DNA from: Patescibacteria group bacterium
Lineage (GTDB): Bacteria; Patescibacteriota; Minisyncoccia; Phycocordibacterales; CSBR16-119
Direction of reading: 5' to 3'
DNA: 64,000 bases
Assembly: GCA_052033715.1 (NCBI GenBank)
Contig: JBPOJJ010000003.1
Location: forward strand, 52,383 to 116,382
The notes under the pieces are model-generated. The model did not search any database. It had not been told where the DNA came from and saw only the letters and a list, made by a program, of their open reading frames with translations. The position numbers were made by a program, and so were the translations under genes. Shown one piece after another: positions 19,463-29,515 of this stretch (position 1 is the stretch's first letter; the number at the start of each line of letters is the position of its first letter).

Positions 19463-22462
19463 ATGACTTTTCCAATCAAAAAAGTATTTGTTTTTGCTAT
19501 CCTATTTTTCTTTGTGGGTTTTTTGGACGTACAAGCGGCTACGATTACCGTTACTGACTCTACTGAAGCAGACACCGATAACGGACTATGTTCTATAGTC
19601 GAAGCGATTGCGAACGCAAATACTGATAGTCAGTCCGGCTCCGTTGATTGTGCTTCTGGATCTGGAACAGACACGATTAGTTTAGACACAGACGTCGTCT
19701 TGGACGCAGCCTTCAACAATGGCGGGGACATGAGCACTGCTACTCCAAATATAACCGGCTCTCTAACAGTTGACGGTGAAGGCAACACGATTACGCTCAC
19801 TGGAGATTTCAGGGCTTTTTATTCTGCGGCGGCCATTGATCTTGCGATAGTAGATATAGTCATATCCGGTGATGATACGGCTAATGCTGCGGCCGGAGGG
19901 GTCATGTATATTGATGGCGTTAACTCTCTTTCATTAAATGATGCAATAATTGATTCCCATTTGGCTGGCAATGGCGGAGTGATTTATGCCGAAGTTGATT
20001 CAAGTTCGACAGTCTCTATCGAAGATTCGAGTTTTATTGGAAATGAGGGGGGTGATGGTGGAGTTTTGTATGTAAACGATACTGTTAACTTAGCAAACAT
20101 ATCTATTGATAATTCTTATTTTTCTTTAAGTCTCGCTGGTTCTGGCGGAGTCTTCTATTTTAATGACGTTTTTAACGTAGACATAACGAGTTCAGTATTT
20201 TATGCCAACGAGAGCTTTTTAAAGGGAGGAGTCATAGATTTAAATGGAAATTTTGCCTCAGAGTTAAATATCACGAACAATTTTTTTGTCGCTAATATGG
20301 GTGGTGGTGGAGTTGGTGATGGCGGTGTCTTGTTTATGACTGGAGGAGATTATTCTATAAACGCAGCACACAATACTTTTCTGGGTAACGGACAAAGCGC
20401 TACCATTAAGGTCAGCGGGACTAATTCGGCGCCATCATTCTTTGAGAATAATATTTTTACCGAGGCCGGAGACTGTGAGGGGGATTTTACAAATTTTACT
20501 TTTACAAACAATCTCGCAGAAGACTCTGATTGTGGCAGTACAACTGAGGTTACAAACATGGACACAAGTCTCGCTGACAACGGTGGGTTATGGGACAGCA
20601 TAGCTTTGCAGGCGGGTAGTAATGCCATCGATGCTGGTGTTGCGGGAACTCTAGGCTGTCCGACAACTGACGCGAGAAGCGTGACTAGGCCCGTGGGAGC
20701 CGCTTGTGACATTGGAGCTTTTGAATTAGGTGTAGACGCCATCACCGTGACTCAGTCTGGCGGTAGTACGGCGGTTACTGAAGATGGTGCGACGGACACA
20801 TTTACACTCTATCTTGAGAACTTTCCGTCCGCTAGCGTTACTATAAATCTTACCGACGACAATCAGACAAATGTCTCACCGACCTCGGTTACATTCTTGC
20901 AGGCTGATTGGCCAGAGACGAAAACTGTAACTGTCTCAGCCGTTGATGATAGTGAGAACGAAGACGATACACACACAGGCTCCATTTCTTTTTCTGTGAC
21001 CTCAGGTGACGCCGGTTATAACAATTATTCTCTTTCTAATATTTCTGTTTCTGTGGCAGACAATGATTCTTCTGGGAGCAGCGGTAGTAGTGGGCCAGTT
21101 AATCCGCCACCGCCCCCACCACCAACTCCAATTCCGGGATGTACGAATCCTATCGCCCTCAATTACAACAGTGGTGCGAATACTGACAATGGATCATGTA
21201 CGTATCCTCCAGTGACGGTTCTCGGGTGTACTGATTCTTCAGCTACTAATTACAATCCATTGGCTAATCAAAACAATGGCTCGTGTACGTTTCCGCCAAC
21301 AGTAATTCTCGGATGTACCGATTCGTCCGCGACAAACTATGATTCTAGCGCAAATACTGACAATGGATCATGCATGTATCCTGTTTTGGAATTGGAAGAA
21401 GAGGTAATTCCTGTTGTCGAAGAGAGCATTCCGGTTGTTAGCGATGGCACAAAACCGGAACTTCCGGTCGCTGTAAAACATGTTTTTAATGGTTTGGTGC
21501 TCGGATTACCAGAAGTGCTTCAGGAGATCCCAAAAAACTTAGTCGACGCGATTTCTGTTGCCGGACTTGCCTTGCCTACTCTACTCGTTCTTACTACACA
21601 ACCAGCCACAGTTGCTTCTATCCCGCTTCGTTTGTGGAATCTTATCCCAACACTCTTAGGCTTCCGTCGGAAGAAGCGTCCGTGGGGAACAGTTTATGAT
21701 TCTGTTACCAAACAGCCGCTCGATCCGGTTTACGTCAAGCTTACTGATATGCGGGGTCGGGAAGTCGCTACGACCATTACTGATATTGATGGACGTTTCG
21801 GCTTCTTGGTTGCTCCGGGCACATATCGTTTGAGTGCCAACAAAGACAATTATGTTTTTCCATCACAAAGACTTGCCGGGAAAGATCATGACGAGCTTTA
21901 TGACAATCTGTATTTTCAAGAAGAGGTAACCATCAGCAACCAAGACGATCTTTTAATTAGAAACATTCCGATGGATTCGCAGAGTTTCAATTGGAATGAA
22001 TTTGAAAAAGCCAAGAACAAAAATCTGATGAAGTTTTATTCCAGAAGAGATTTATTCTTGGCGAAAACGGCAAGCGTTCTATTTATTCTCGGTATTGTTT
22101 CGTCTCTCGTCCTCATGTTTATGACACCCGTGCCGATCAATTTTATTATCCTCTGCTTCTACGGAGTTGTTTTGATTCTGCGAGCCTTTGGAGTGCGACC
22201 GAAAAAACCGGGGTATGTTATTGAAAAAGAAACGGGTTTTCCACTTTCTTTTGGTATTATTAAAATATTCAGTGCAGAGATTGGTCGGGAAGTCGCTCAT
22301 GTCGTTATCGGTAAAACCGGTAAGTACTACACCCTGGTTCCAAATGGGGAATATTACATGCAGATTATGAAAAAGACTGGCGAAGATACTTACGAGAAAG
22401 TTTTTCAGGGCGAGGATTTTGCTGTTAGAGGAGGATATATTGGAAAAGTTTTTAAGGTATAG
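19463..22462 (+). CDS. large surface protein with four parts: CSLREA-like N-terminal motif plus parallel beta-helix repeats; three Cys-framed ~30-aa repeats; a polyproline linker; C-terminal TM helices with two carboxypeptidase-regulatory-like domains
   Basis: Signal peptide; GLCSIVEAIANAN; Gly/Asn-rich beta-helix repeats; CDIGAFE motif; PPPPPPPTPIP; hydrophobic helices near the C-terminus. Confidence 0.85.
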   Translation: MTFPIKKVFVFAILFFFVGFLDVQAATITVTDSTEADTDNGLCSIVEAIANANTDSQSGSVDCASGSGTDTISLDTDVVLDAAFNNGGDMSTATPNITGSLTVDGEGNTITLTGDFRAFYSAAAIDLAIVDIVISGDDTANAAAGGVMYIDGVNSLSLNDAIIDSHLAGNGGVIYAEVDSSSTVSIEDSSFIGNEGGDGGVLYVNDTVNLANISIDNSYFSLSLAGSGGVFYFNDVFNVDITSSVFYANESFLKGGVIDLNGNFASELNITNNFFVANMGGGGVGDGGVLFMTGGDYSINAAHNTFLGNGQSATIKVSGTNSAPSFFENNIFTEAGDCEGDFTNFTFTNNLAEDSDCGSTTEVTNMDTSLADNGGLWDSIALQAGSNAIDAGVAGTLGCPTTDARSVTRPVGAACDIGAFELGVDAITVTQSGGSTAVTEDGATDTFTLYLENFPSASVTINLTDDNQTNVSPTSVTFLQADWPETKTVTVSAVDDSENEDDTHTGSISFSVTSGDAGYNNYSLSNISVSVADNDSSGSSGSSGPVNPPPPPPPTPIPGCTNPIALNYNSGANTDNGSCTYPPVTVLGCTDSSATNYNPLANQNNGSCTFPPTVILGCTDSSATNYDSSANTDNGSCMYPVLELEEEVIPVVEESIPVVSDGTKPELPVAVKHVFNGLVLGLPEVLQEIPKNLVDAISVAGLALPTLLVLTTQPATVASIPLRLWNLIPTLLGFRRKKRPWGTVYDSVTKQPLDPVYVKLTDMRGREVATTITDIDGRFGFLVAPGTYRLSANKDNYVFPSQRLAGKDHDELYDNLYFQEEVTISNQDDLLIRNIPMDSQSFNWNEFEKAKNKNLMKFYSRRDLFLAKTASVLFILGIVSSLVLMFMTPVPINFIILCFYGVVLILRAFGVRPKKPGYVIEKETGFPLSFGIIKIFSAEIGREVAHVVIGKTGKYYTLVPNGEYYMQIMKKTGEDTYEKVFQGEDFAVRGGYIGKVFKV

Positions 22463-22503
22463 AATCCCTGCACTGATTTGACAAATCATTAAAACTATGT
22501 AAT

Positions 22504-23970
22504 ATGGAGATACTTATGAAAATAAAATTCTTGATTTTTGTCGCACTATTCTTTTTAGTTTCGGCTAGAGCTTCGGCTGCCACGATAAATACAGGTCCAG
22601 ATTGTCCGCTTTTGGACGCTGTTATTTCGGCTCAGACAAATACCTCTTCATCGGGATGCGTTGCTGGTTTTGGGGCGGACACAATCAATATTACCCAAGA
22701 TGAAACAATTTCTTCCGAATACGATTCTTCTGGCAATTCTTTTCCTGTTATAACTGAACCTCTTACGATAAATGGAAACGGTTACACTATAATTCACGAA
22801 AATCCCGGCTTCAATCTCGTGCGCCTTTTTCAGGTTGTTGGCACAGATTTCACTTTGGATAACATTAAATTCGAACACACATACGGCTTTACTGCAGACG
22901 ACGGTGGCATGATTCACGCCACGGATTCCGTCGTTACTCTTAAGAGATCAGATTTTTCTTCCTTTAACGCGGGAGCCAAGGGCGGTGTTATTTATATACA
23001 AAATGGAAATCTTGTCATCCAAAAGAGCAATTTCAGCGGGAATTGGGCCTATGACGGTGGAGCCATATATATAGATAATGGAAACTTAAACATTCAATCA
23101 GGTAATTTTAGTGGCAATAGTTGTTGGAACGAAGGATGTGCTGTTATGACCGAGGGTCAGGTTAGCACAACTATTTCATCTTCTGTTTTTTTTCAAAACA
23201 TTGGAGCTCGGGCTGCCGCCATAAGTGCGGGCGCTAATTCAAATGGAAAATCTCTCACCGTGATAGATTCGGAATTTATAGAAAATAGTGTGATTAATGG
23301 AAATGATAGTGGTGCTGTGATTTGGAAAGGAGAAAATGGAACCGTAAAGATAACCAGGACAACCTTTTTTGGTAATCAGGGGTCAGGTTTTGGTGCAGGG
23401 TTCTACAACGAAGGAAGCTCGTCGAATGTTATTGTGATCAATTCAACGTTCTCGGATAACCACACCAATGGTCCGGGCTCGGCGATATTAAATGTTGCCG
23501 AAGGCGTCAGATTGGATGTCGCGTACAATACCTTCATCAACAATGACTCTTTCACAATTGAAGGAGCGCTTTCGATCACTGGTCCGCAGCTAGTTGATTC
23601 TGTTGTAGAAAACAATATTTTTACTAACAACGACGGCGATTGTAATTTTGCTTCTCATTTGGGAGTTAATTTTGTTAACAATCTTTCTGATGACGGAAGC
23701 TGTAGTTCTGTTGTCGCGACAAACATATCTTCAGTCCTCGCCCATAATGGCGGCCCCACTAGGACGCACGCGCTTTTGGCGGGAAGTAACGCTGTCGACA
23801 CAGCGGTGACTGATATGTTGTTGGTCCGAAACCCTTGTCCAAAAGGAGATCAAAGAATATATCCTCGAATGATCGATGGAAATAATGACGGAATTTTGAA
23901 ATGTGATATCGGAGCATACGAAAGACAAAAGAAAATCGCTCAAACTGTCCTAAAGCCATTTAGGCCGTAA
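22504..23970 (+). CDS. secreted CSLREA / beta-helix repeat protein (paralogous architecture; likely starts at MKIKF, 22516)
   Basis: Signal peptide; DCPLLDAVISA; NGN/GGA beta-helix repeats; C-terminal CDIGAYE motif; TTGACA-16-TAATAT promoter abutting the start. Confidence 0.85.
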   Translation: MEILMKIKFLIFVALFFLVSARASAATINTGPDCPLLDAVISAQTNTSSSGCVAGFGADTINITQDETISSEYDSSGNSFPVITEPLTINGNGYTIIHENPGFNLVRLFQVVGTDFTLDNIKFEHTYGFTADDGGMIHATDSVVTLKRSDFSSFNAGAKGGVIYIQNGNLVIQKSNFSGNWAYDGGAIYIDNGNLNIQSGNFSGNSCWNEGCAVMTEGQVSTTISSSVFFQNIGARAAAISAGANSNGKSLTVIDSEFIENSVINGNDSGAVIWKGENGTVKITRTTFFGNQGSGFGAGFYNEGSSSNVIVINSTFSDNHTNGPGSAILNVAEGVRLDVAYNTFINNDSFTIEGALSITGPQLVDSVVENNIFTNNDGDCNFASHLGVNFVNNLSDDGSCSSVVATNISSVLAHNGGPTRTHALLAGSNAVDTAVTDMLLVRNPCPKGDQRIYPRMIDGNNDGILKCDIGAYERQKKIAQTVLKPFRP

Positions 23971-24072
23971 AAACTCCAAACCCAGCTTTCAAATTGTTTC
24001 AATTTTTGTACGGGCCCAGTAAAATTCTTCTTCCACACTCTAAAAACAGCCTAGTCTGTTAAAATTAGATCA

Positions 24073-25983
24073 ATGAAACATTTTTTGGTTTTTCTTTTTG
24101 TTATTTTTTGTGCTGGGATTGTTGGGCATTTTGTTTTTGCCGATCAGGTTGAAAGGGTAAGTGTGACTACTTCTGGTACCCAAGGAAATGGGACCTCTTT
24201 TGGAGCACAAATGTCTTCGGATAATGAATATATTGTCTTCACTTCTTCCGCTTCTAACTTGGTAGATGGAGACACGAACGGCGTGGCCGATGTGTTCGTC
24301 TATAGTAGAGATACGGGCGTAATCGAGAGAGTCAGCCTTGATAGTTTGGGTACTCAAGGAAATGGTGCTCCAATTTATGAACCAGCTATTTCTGCCGACG
24401 GACGGTATGTCGCTTTTGATTCCGAAGCAATAAATTTTGATTTAAGTGACACGAATGGTTTATCAGATATCTTTGTCTATGACCGTCAAACCGACACCAT
24501 TGAACGGGTGAGTGTTGACGATGTGGGCACGGAAGCAGATGGTGCGTCGTACATTGTCTCAATGTCTTCTGATGGAAGGTATGTCGCATTCAATTCCGAC
24601 GCAACCAATCTTGTGGCGGGAGACACGAACGGTGTCGCCGATGTTTTTGTCTATGACCGTCAAACCGACACCATTGAACGGGTGAGTGTTGACGATGTGG
24701 GCACGGAAGCAGACCTTGGTACTATAAATTACCTTGATATTTCCGATGACGGACAATATGTCACTTTTGATTCCGACGCAACCAATCTTGTGGCGGGAGA
24801 CACGAACGGTGTCGCCGATGTTTTTGTCTATGACCGTCAAGCCGACACCATTGAACGGGTGAGTGTTGACGATGTGGGCACGGAAGCAGATGGTGGTTCG
24901 TTGTTTCCATCTTTGTCGGGAGATGGTCGGTATGTGGCTTTTCTTTCCTTGGCAACGAATCTTGTTTCTGGAGATACAAATGGCACATTTGATATTTTCG
25001 TTTATGACCGTCAAACCGACACTATTGAACGGGTGAGTGTAAACAGCCAGGGTCAGCAAGCAAACAATGCATCTTCTTATTATTCTTCAATTTCTTTTGA
25101 TGGACGATATGTCATTTTCAATTCTATAGCCACAAATCTTGTGGCAAATGATACCAACGGCAAGGCAGATATCTTTGTTCGTGATCGAACACTTGGTACC
25201 ACTGAACGTATAAGTGTTGGAGAAAATGGTGTCGAAGCAAATGACCACTCCTTCTTTCGTGCAAATGTTTCCACTGACGGTCGGTATGTTTTGTTTCCTT
25301 CACTCGCATCAAATCTTGTTTCCGGAGACACGAACGCCGCAATAGACGTATTTGTTTACGATAGAGAGTATGAAGAAGTCGAGGCGGCTGTTGTTTCAGG
25401 TGGGGTAAATAGTTCTGGATTTTTGCAGCCTCACATAAGTCTAGAAAATTATGCAACACAGACGTCGAGTCAGACGGTCAATTTAGTTGCGCATATTCCT
25501 GTAACAACTACTTTTTATGAGATTTCCAATACGTCTGATTTCGCTAATCGACAGATTTTCATCCGGGACGGTTTGGAAAAAATTCTACAGTGGGATATTT
25601 GTAATAATTTAAAAACTTGCGAACCCGGACAAAAAAAGATTTACGCGCGTTTTTATAATCAAGAGAGGATGATTTCGGAACAGATTTTGGAAATAAATTA
25701 CTTGCAGACGAGAGAGTGTCCGTATTTCAAGCAATACTTACGAATGGGCTCCAACAAGAATAACCCAGATGAGGTTATAAAGATGCAAGCATTTTTGAAT
25801 GCATATATGGGAGAGAATCTTTCCGTCGACGGCTATTTTGGCCGATCTACCGACAGGGCCGTTAGAAGATTTCAAGAGAAATATCCAGACCAAATAATCC
25901 GTCCATGGCCGACACTCGACCGCTCGACCGGTTGGTGGTACATCACCACTTCCGGCTACGCTAACGTTTTGGTTGGGTGCTAG
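24073..25983 (+). CDS. secreted PD40/TolB-like beta-propeller repeat protein with C-terminal peptidoglycan-binding-like domain
   Basis: Signal peptide; >7 repeats of (DTNGVADVFVYDRQTDTIERVSVD...SDGRYVAF); C-terminal GYFGRSTDRAVRRFQ motif. Confidence 0.85.
   Translation: MKHFLVFLFVIFCAGIVGHFVFADQVERVSVTTSGTQGNGTSFGAQMSSDNEYIVFTSSASNLVDGDTNGVADVFVYSRDTGVIERVSLDSLGTQGNGAPIYEPAISADGRYVAFDSEAINFDLSDTNGLSDIFVYDRQTDTIERVSVDDVGTEADGASYIVSMSSDGRYVAFNSDATNLVAGDTNGVADVFVYDRQTDTIERVSVDDVGTEADLGTINYLDISDDGQYVTFDSDATNLVAGDTNGVADVFVYDRQADTIERVSVDDVGTEADGGSLFPSLSGDGRYVAFLSLATNLVSGDTNGTFDIFVYDRQTDTIERVSVNSQGQQANNASSYYSSISFDGRYVIFNSIATNLVANDTNGKADIFVRDRTLGTTERISVGENGVEANDHSFFRANVSTDGRYVLFPSLASNLVSGDTNAAIDVFVYDREYEEVEAAVVSGGVNSSGFLQPHISLENYATQTSSQTVNLVAHIPVTTTFYEISNTSDFANRQIFIRDGLEKILQWDICNNLKTCEPGQKKIYARFYNQERMISEQILEINYLQTRECPYFKQYLRMGSNKNNPDEVIKMQAFLNAYMGENLSVDGYFGRSTDRAVRRFQEKYPDQIIRPWPTLDRSTGWWYITTSGYANVLVGC
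24476..24900 (+). repeat. near-identical ~174-180 bp in-frame tandem repeats inside the PD40 gene (3 copies)
   Basis: gtctatgaccgtcaaaccgacaccattgaacgggtgagtgttgacgatgtgggcacggaagcaga recurs at ~24476, ~24650, ~24830 with 1-2 mismatches. Confidence 0.8.
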
Positions 25984-26064
25984 ATATCAAAAGGTTTACA
26001 AAAAACAAGTTTTTGTTTATAGTCTTTCGTGAACCAGGAACAAACCATATAAACCCGCAAGGTC

Positions 26065-26421
26065 ATGCACACCGCAGCAATGAAAATTCCAGTGTCTGTG
26101 CCTTTAGCCAGACCCGAGGAGGTCGAGTCCCCAACTGACCCGATGTCTCAAAGGACAAAAAGGCAAAGGCAGATCTACGACAACGGCTCCTACCAATTCA
26201 GGCACCTTATCCTTGTTGTCCTCAAAACCAACAAGAGAGGCAGGGCTGGATACGACACCACAACCCACTTTGTGCTCAGGGATTACCCAGATCTGAGGTG
26301 GGAAGAAGAGAAGGAGTTCGTGCGTGAGCTGCTCAAGAAGCACCATCCTGGACTCTATAAGCGTCTGGAGACCAATAAGTGGATATGGGTGAAGCCTGAA
26401 CCAAAGAAGAAACTCGCTTAA
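26065..26421 (+). CDS. hypothetical protein (GC-rich orphan; start uncertain)
   Basis: ~52% GC; strong terminator immediately downstream; no recognisable domain. Confidence 0.4.
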   Translation: MHTAAMKIPVSVPLARPEEVESPTDPMSQRTKRQRQIYDNGSYQFRHLILVVLKTNKRGRAGYDTTTHFVLRDYPDLRWEEEKEFVRELLKKHHPGLYKRLETNKWIWVKPEPKKKLA

Positions 26422-26437
26422 CCGTGTCCTTTCGTCG

Positions 26438-26481
26438 TAAAGCGCCCCCTGACCTCACCAGTCGGGGGCGCTTATCGTTTT
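26438..26481 (+). terminator. rho-independent terminator
   Basis: aagcgccccc...gggggcgctt long stem followed by atcgtttt. Confidence 0.6.
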
Positions 26482-26521
26482 AAATAAGGTTTTTTAAAAT
26501 TTATCTCGATAAAAAGTCGTT

Positions 26522-26603
26522 TTGACAGCCAAATCAAAAAAAGTAGAATTAACGAAAATGTTGGGGTAGATTGCTTGACAAATGAAATGTCTTGCCGTAT
26601 AAT
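26522..26603 (+). promoter_or_regulatory. two tandem sigma70-like promoters (TTGACA-16-TAGAAT and TTGACA-17-TATAAT) with ~150 nt leader
   Basis: Exact consensus hexamers at 26575-26580 / 26598-26603; weaker pair at 26522-26527 / 26544-26549. Confidence 0.5.
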
Positions 26604-26761
26604 CCCGCCATAAAGATTCGAACGTCTTTTTCGCTCGAATTTGTAAAAAAGATTGTTTGATGAGATGGGAGGCTTGAAACCTTTCGAATAATCTTGTCTG
26701 GCAACCAATGTAGTTCAATTCGTTTATTAATTTTGCGTTTATTACTAAAAAATATTTTATT

Positions 26762-29416
26762 ATGAAGAATTTTAAGATTAAAAATCTATCGAAAAGAGCG
26801 CTTCTCGGCGTCTTTGTTTTTCAGTTTGCAGTAACAACCTCTTTCGCCCCGATAATCGCGCGAGCTCAGGTGGTAACCGAAGAGATGGCCGTTGATACGG
26901 TGGAAACTGTGGCTGAACCTGTAGAAATCAGTACCTCTGAAGAAGTTGTCGTAGAAGAAACAACTACAGACGTACCTGAAGGCGAAACAACAACTCCTTC
27001 CGGTGAGGAAACCACCGAACCAGAGGCAAAGACCGAAGAAAAGTCATTTTCTGTTGTTGGTGGCGGCGGACACGATCCCGTTGATATCTGCCACGCAGCC
27101 GGCCAGAGCGGTAATTACATTTTTCTTACAGTCGACGACGATGGTGCATACGGAGGACATGGCGGTCATGAAAATGACATCTTGCCAATTACTGATGTCA
27201 ATGGTGACAGGGAAATCAATCAAGCCGATTGTGATTATCAGGCTCCGGAAGAAGAATCTTGCGATGCTTCAATAAACCTATTTGATAACTCGGGATTTGA
27301 AAATCCGGTTCTTCCTGGATCTTGGAACATCTATGCTGATGGAACATCTGGTTTGGCTTGGGATGTCGAGTGGCAAGCTGGCTCTGGCGACAACACTCCT
27401 GCCAAAGCCGAATTGCAACAGATCTACACTGCTCACTCTGGCGAACAATATTTAGAACTAGATTCTGATTTTGATGGACCAGGGGGATCAATTTCAAACG
27501 AAGAAGCTTCTACTCGAATCTCCCAAACTATTACGACTGTTCCTGGACAAGAATACGAAATCTCATACTTCTATTCTGCTCGACCTGGATATGGATACGA
27601 TGACAACAAGGTTGGTCTATATATTGATGGGTTCCCTTGGGATCTTTCTGTAACGACTAATGGCGTTGGTGACTCAGATACTTTTTGGGCACAGAAATTC
27701 AATCATTTTACAGCTGATAGCACTTCTCACACGATAACTTTTGCTGATCTTGGAACAGCTAATTCTTTTGGAATGTTTCTAGATGATATGCGTGTAAATT
27801 GTGTCGAAGAAGATGGCGGTGGTGACGACGACAAGAATACTCCTCCAGACATTGATGTCGTTCCAGAAATTATCGAAGTTTTCATCGGTTCAGTTTGTGA
27901 CGAAGCGCTTATAATGGGTGGCGTTACGGCTGATGACCTTGAAGACGGTAATCTAACAAATGAAATCGAATATGCTGGAACTGTCAATTGTAATGTTCTG
28001 GGCGACTATCCAGTGACTTACAATGTCGAAGATTCCGAAGGGCTCCCAGCCGAAGAGGAAACTCGTATTATTCGCGTTGTAAATAATGACGACGAAGAAG
28101 AAAATCCTTCTTGTGATTCACAGGCAATTTGGGCTCGAGTCGTCGTTACTTCATACTCAAATGTCGGTGCGGGTGATATGACCAACACTATCTACCTCGG
28201 TTCTTCGATCAACACTGTCACTACAGGAGAATGGTTCCCGGTTTCTCCGGCAGATGTTCAGAATATAGAAAACTTCGCGGACGTATCAGGACTCGCTGTT
28301 AAAAGACGAGTAGACAACAAGATCGTTCTTGAACTTCACGGAAGTCATCTTCCAAAAGGAACTGGTAAGGAATACGCCGATGGGTATATTGAATTCTTTA
28401 ATGCTGTACCAAGCGTTCTTGTGGGTGCAACTGGTCAGAATAAACTAGAACTCAATGGAGATAATGAAATTGGCCACCAGGATATTGTTTGGATTGATGG
28501 AGATAAGGCAAATTTCAATCTCGGAGTCGGGACAGCCGATGATCGATTCTCTACAACCTATACATATTCTCTAGACGAAGAGTGCGATGACGATGGCGGT
28601 GGAGACAATAACAATCCTCCGGCTATCGTTTTGGCTGACGAGTGTATCCTTTGGTCAGAAGAATCTTTCAATTTCACATCTGGCGTTACAACATCAGATG
28701 CTGACGGAGATACAGTTAACCTTACTTACGTAGTTAGCCCTGATCCAATAGTTTTTGGTCAAGATGGAACTTATACAATCACTTATACTGCTGATGACGG
28801 AGAAGACACCACGGTCGTCTCAAAGACTCTAACCATTGATGAAGATTGTGAAGAGGACAATGGGGGTGGCGGAGGTGATGACGAAGAGGACAATGGCGGC
28901 GGAGGCGGTGGAGGTAGTTCAGGAAGTATTCTTGGCGGCGGAGGTTCAAACAGACAAGGTGAAGTCTTGGGTGCCACAACTGCGGCTTGTGCACAATTCA
29001 CTCAGTATCACGATACTGGAAGTACTCAGAGCGAAGTCAGAGCTCTCCAGACATTCCTAAACGAATACATGGATGCGGGACTTACAGTGAACGGAACTTA
29101 CGACTGGGCAACGACTCAGGCAATACATGACTTCCAGGCTTTGCACTGGGATGCCATCATCAAACCATGGCTTGGTTCACCAAGTAAAATCAGTCCGAAC
29201 ACAACTGGCCGAACCCGACAGACGACAACTCAGGCTTTGAACTTCATCATCAACTGTCCAAATGATGCCATGTATCTAGAAGATCCTCAGATTTTCTACA
29301 AACTTACTGAAATCAAAAACAAAAAAGAATTTTCCGCGGATCAAATTATGAAGATAACGAATATCTTGGATGAAGTTCACGGAATAGTTCTCGGAGCTGA
29401 GGCAATGGAAAAATAA
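26762..29416 (+). CDS. large secreted protein with five parts: acidic Thr/Glu-rich linker; Cys/His N-module plus jelly-roll-like domain; two Ig-like (DUF5011-like) domains; Gly-rich linker; C-terminal peptidoglycan-binding-like domain
   Basis: Signal peptide; VDICHAAG...H..H motif; LFDNSGFENPV...FLDDMRVNCVEE; TADDLEDGNLT; GGGGG runs; ALQTFLNEY...DGTYDWATTQAIHDFQ. Confidence 0.85.
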   Translation: MKNFKIKNLSKRALLGVFVFQFAVTTSFAPIIARAQVVTEEMAVDTVETVAEPVEISTSEEVVVEETTTDVPEGETTTPSGEETTEPEAKTEEKSFSVVGGGGHDPVDICHAAGQSGNYIFLTVDDDGAYGGHGGHENDILPITDVNGDREINQADCDYQAPEEESCDASINLFDNSGFENPVLPGSWNIYADGTSGLAWDVEWQAGSGDNTPAKAELQQIYTAHSGEQYLELDSDFDGPGGSISNEEASTRISQTITTVPGQEYEISYFYSARPGYGYDDNKVGLYIDGFPWDLSVTTNGVGDSDTFWAQKFNHFTADSTSHTITFADLGTANSFGMFLDDMRVNCVEEDGGGDDDKNTPPDIDVVPEIIEVFIGSVCDEALIMGGVTADDLEDGNLTNEIEYAGTVNCNVLGDYPVTYNVEDSEGLPAEEETRIIRVVNNDDEEENPSCDSQAIWARVVVTSYSNVGAGDMTNTIYLGSSINTVTTGEWFPVSPADVQNIENFADVSGLAVKRRVDNKIVLELHGSHLPKGTGKEYADGYIEFFNAVPSVLVGATGQNKLELNGDNEIGHQDIVWIDGDKANFNLGVGTADDRFSTTYTYSLDEECDDDGGGDNNNPPAIVLADECILWSEESFNFTSGVTTSDADGDTVNLTYVVSPDPIVFGQDGTYTITYTADDGEDTTVVSKTLTIDEDCEEDNGGGGGDDEEDNGGGGGGGSSGSILGGGGSNRQGEVLGATTAACAQFTQYHDTGSTQSEVRALQTFLNEYMDAGLTVNGTYDWATTQAIHDFQALHWDAIIKPWLGSPSKISPNTTGRTRQTTTQALNFIINCPNDAMYLEDPQIFYKLTEIKNKKEFSADQIMKITNILDEVHGIVLGAEAMEK

Positions 29417-29430
29417 TAAATTAAAAGAAA

Positions 29431-29470
29431 GAGAAAATCCCCCGCGTCTGACGTGGGGGATTTTCTCTTG
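29431..29470 (+). terminator. strong rho-independent terminator
   Basis: gagaaaatcccccgcg-tctga-cgtgggggattttctc. Confidence 0.65.
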
Positions 29471-29486
29471 CTCCTATCATAAACAC

Positions 29487-29495
29487 TGGTATAAT
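29487..29495 (+). promoter_or_regulatory. extended -10 element TGGTATAAT
   Basis: TGnTATAAT match ~20 nt upstream of the 29516 start. Confidence 0.4.
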
Positions 29496-29515
29496 TTAAC
29501 CAAGTCAAATATTTC

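Noticed and set aside
24476-24900. Possible CRISPR array (regular repeats)
   Set aside because: The repeats are ~175 bp, contiguous without spacers, in-frame and coding (PD40 blades); not CRISPR.
24559-25059. Antisense ORFs inside the PD40 gene (166 aa, 75 aa, 67 aa)
   Set aside because: Artefacts of the tandem repeats read on the opposite strand; repetitive junk translations.
28783-29001. Pro-rich minus-strand ORFs
   Set aside because: Antisense of the Gly-rich linker (GGT/GGC read as CCA/CCG); artefact.
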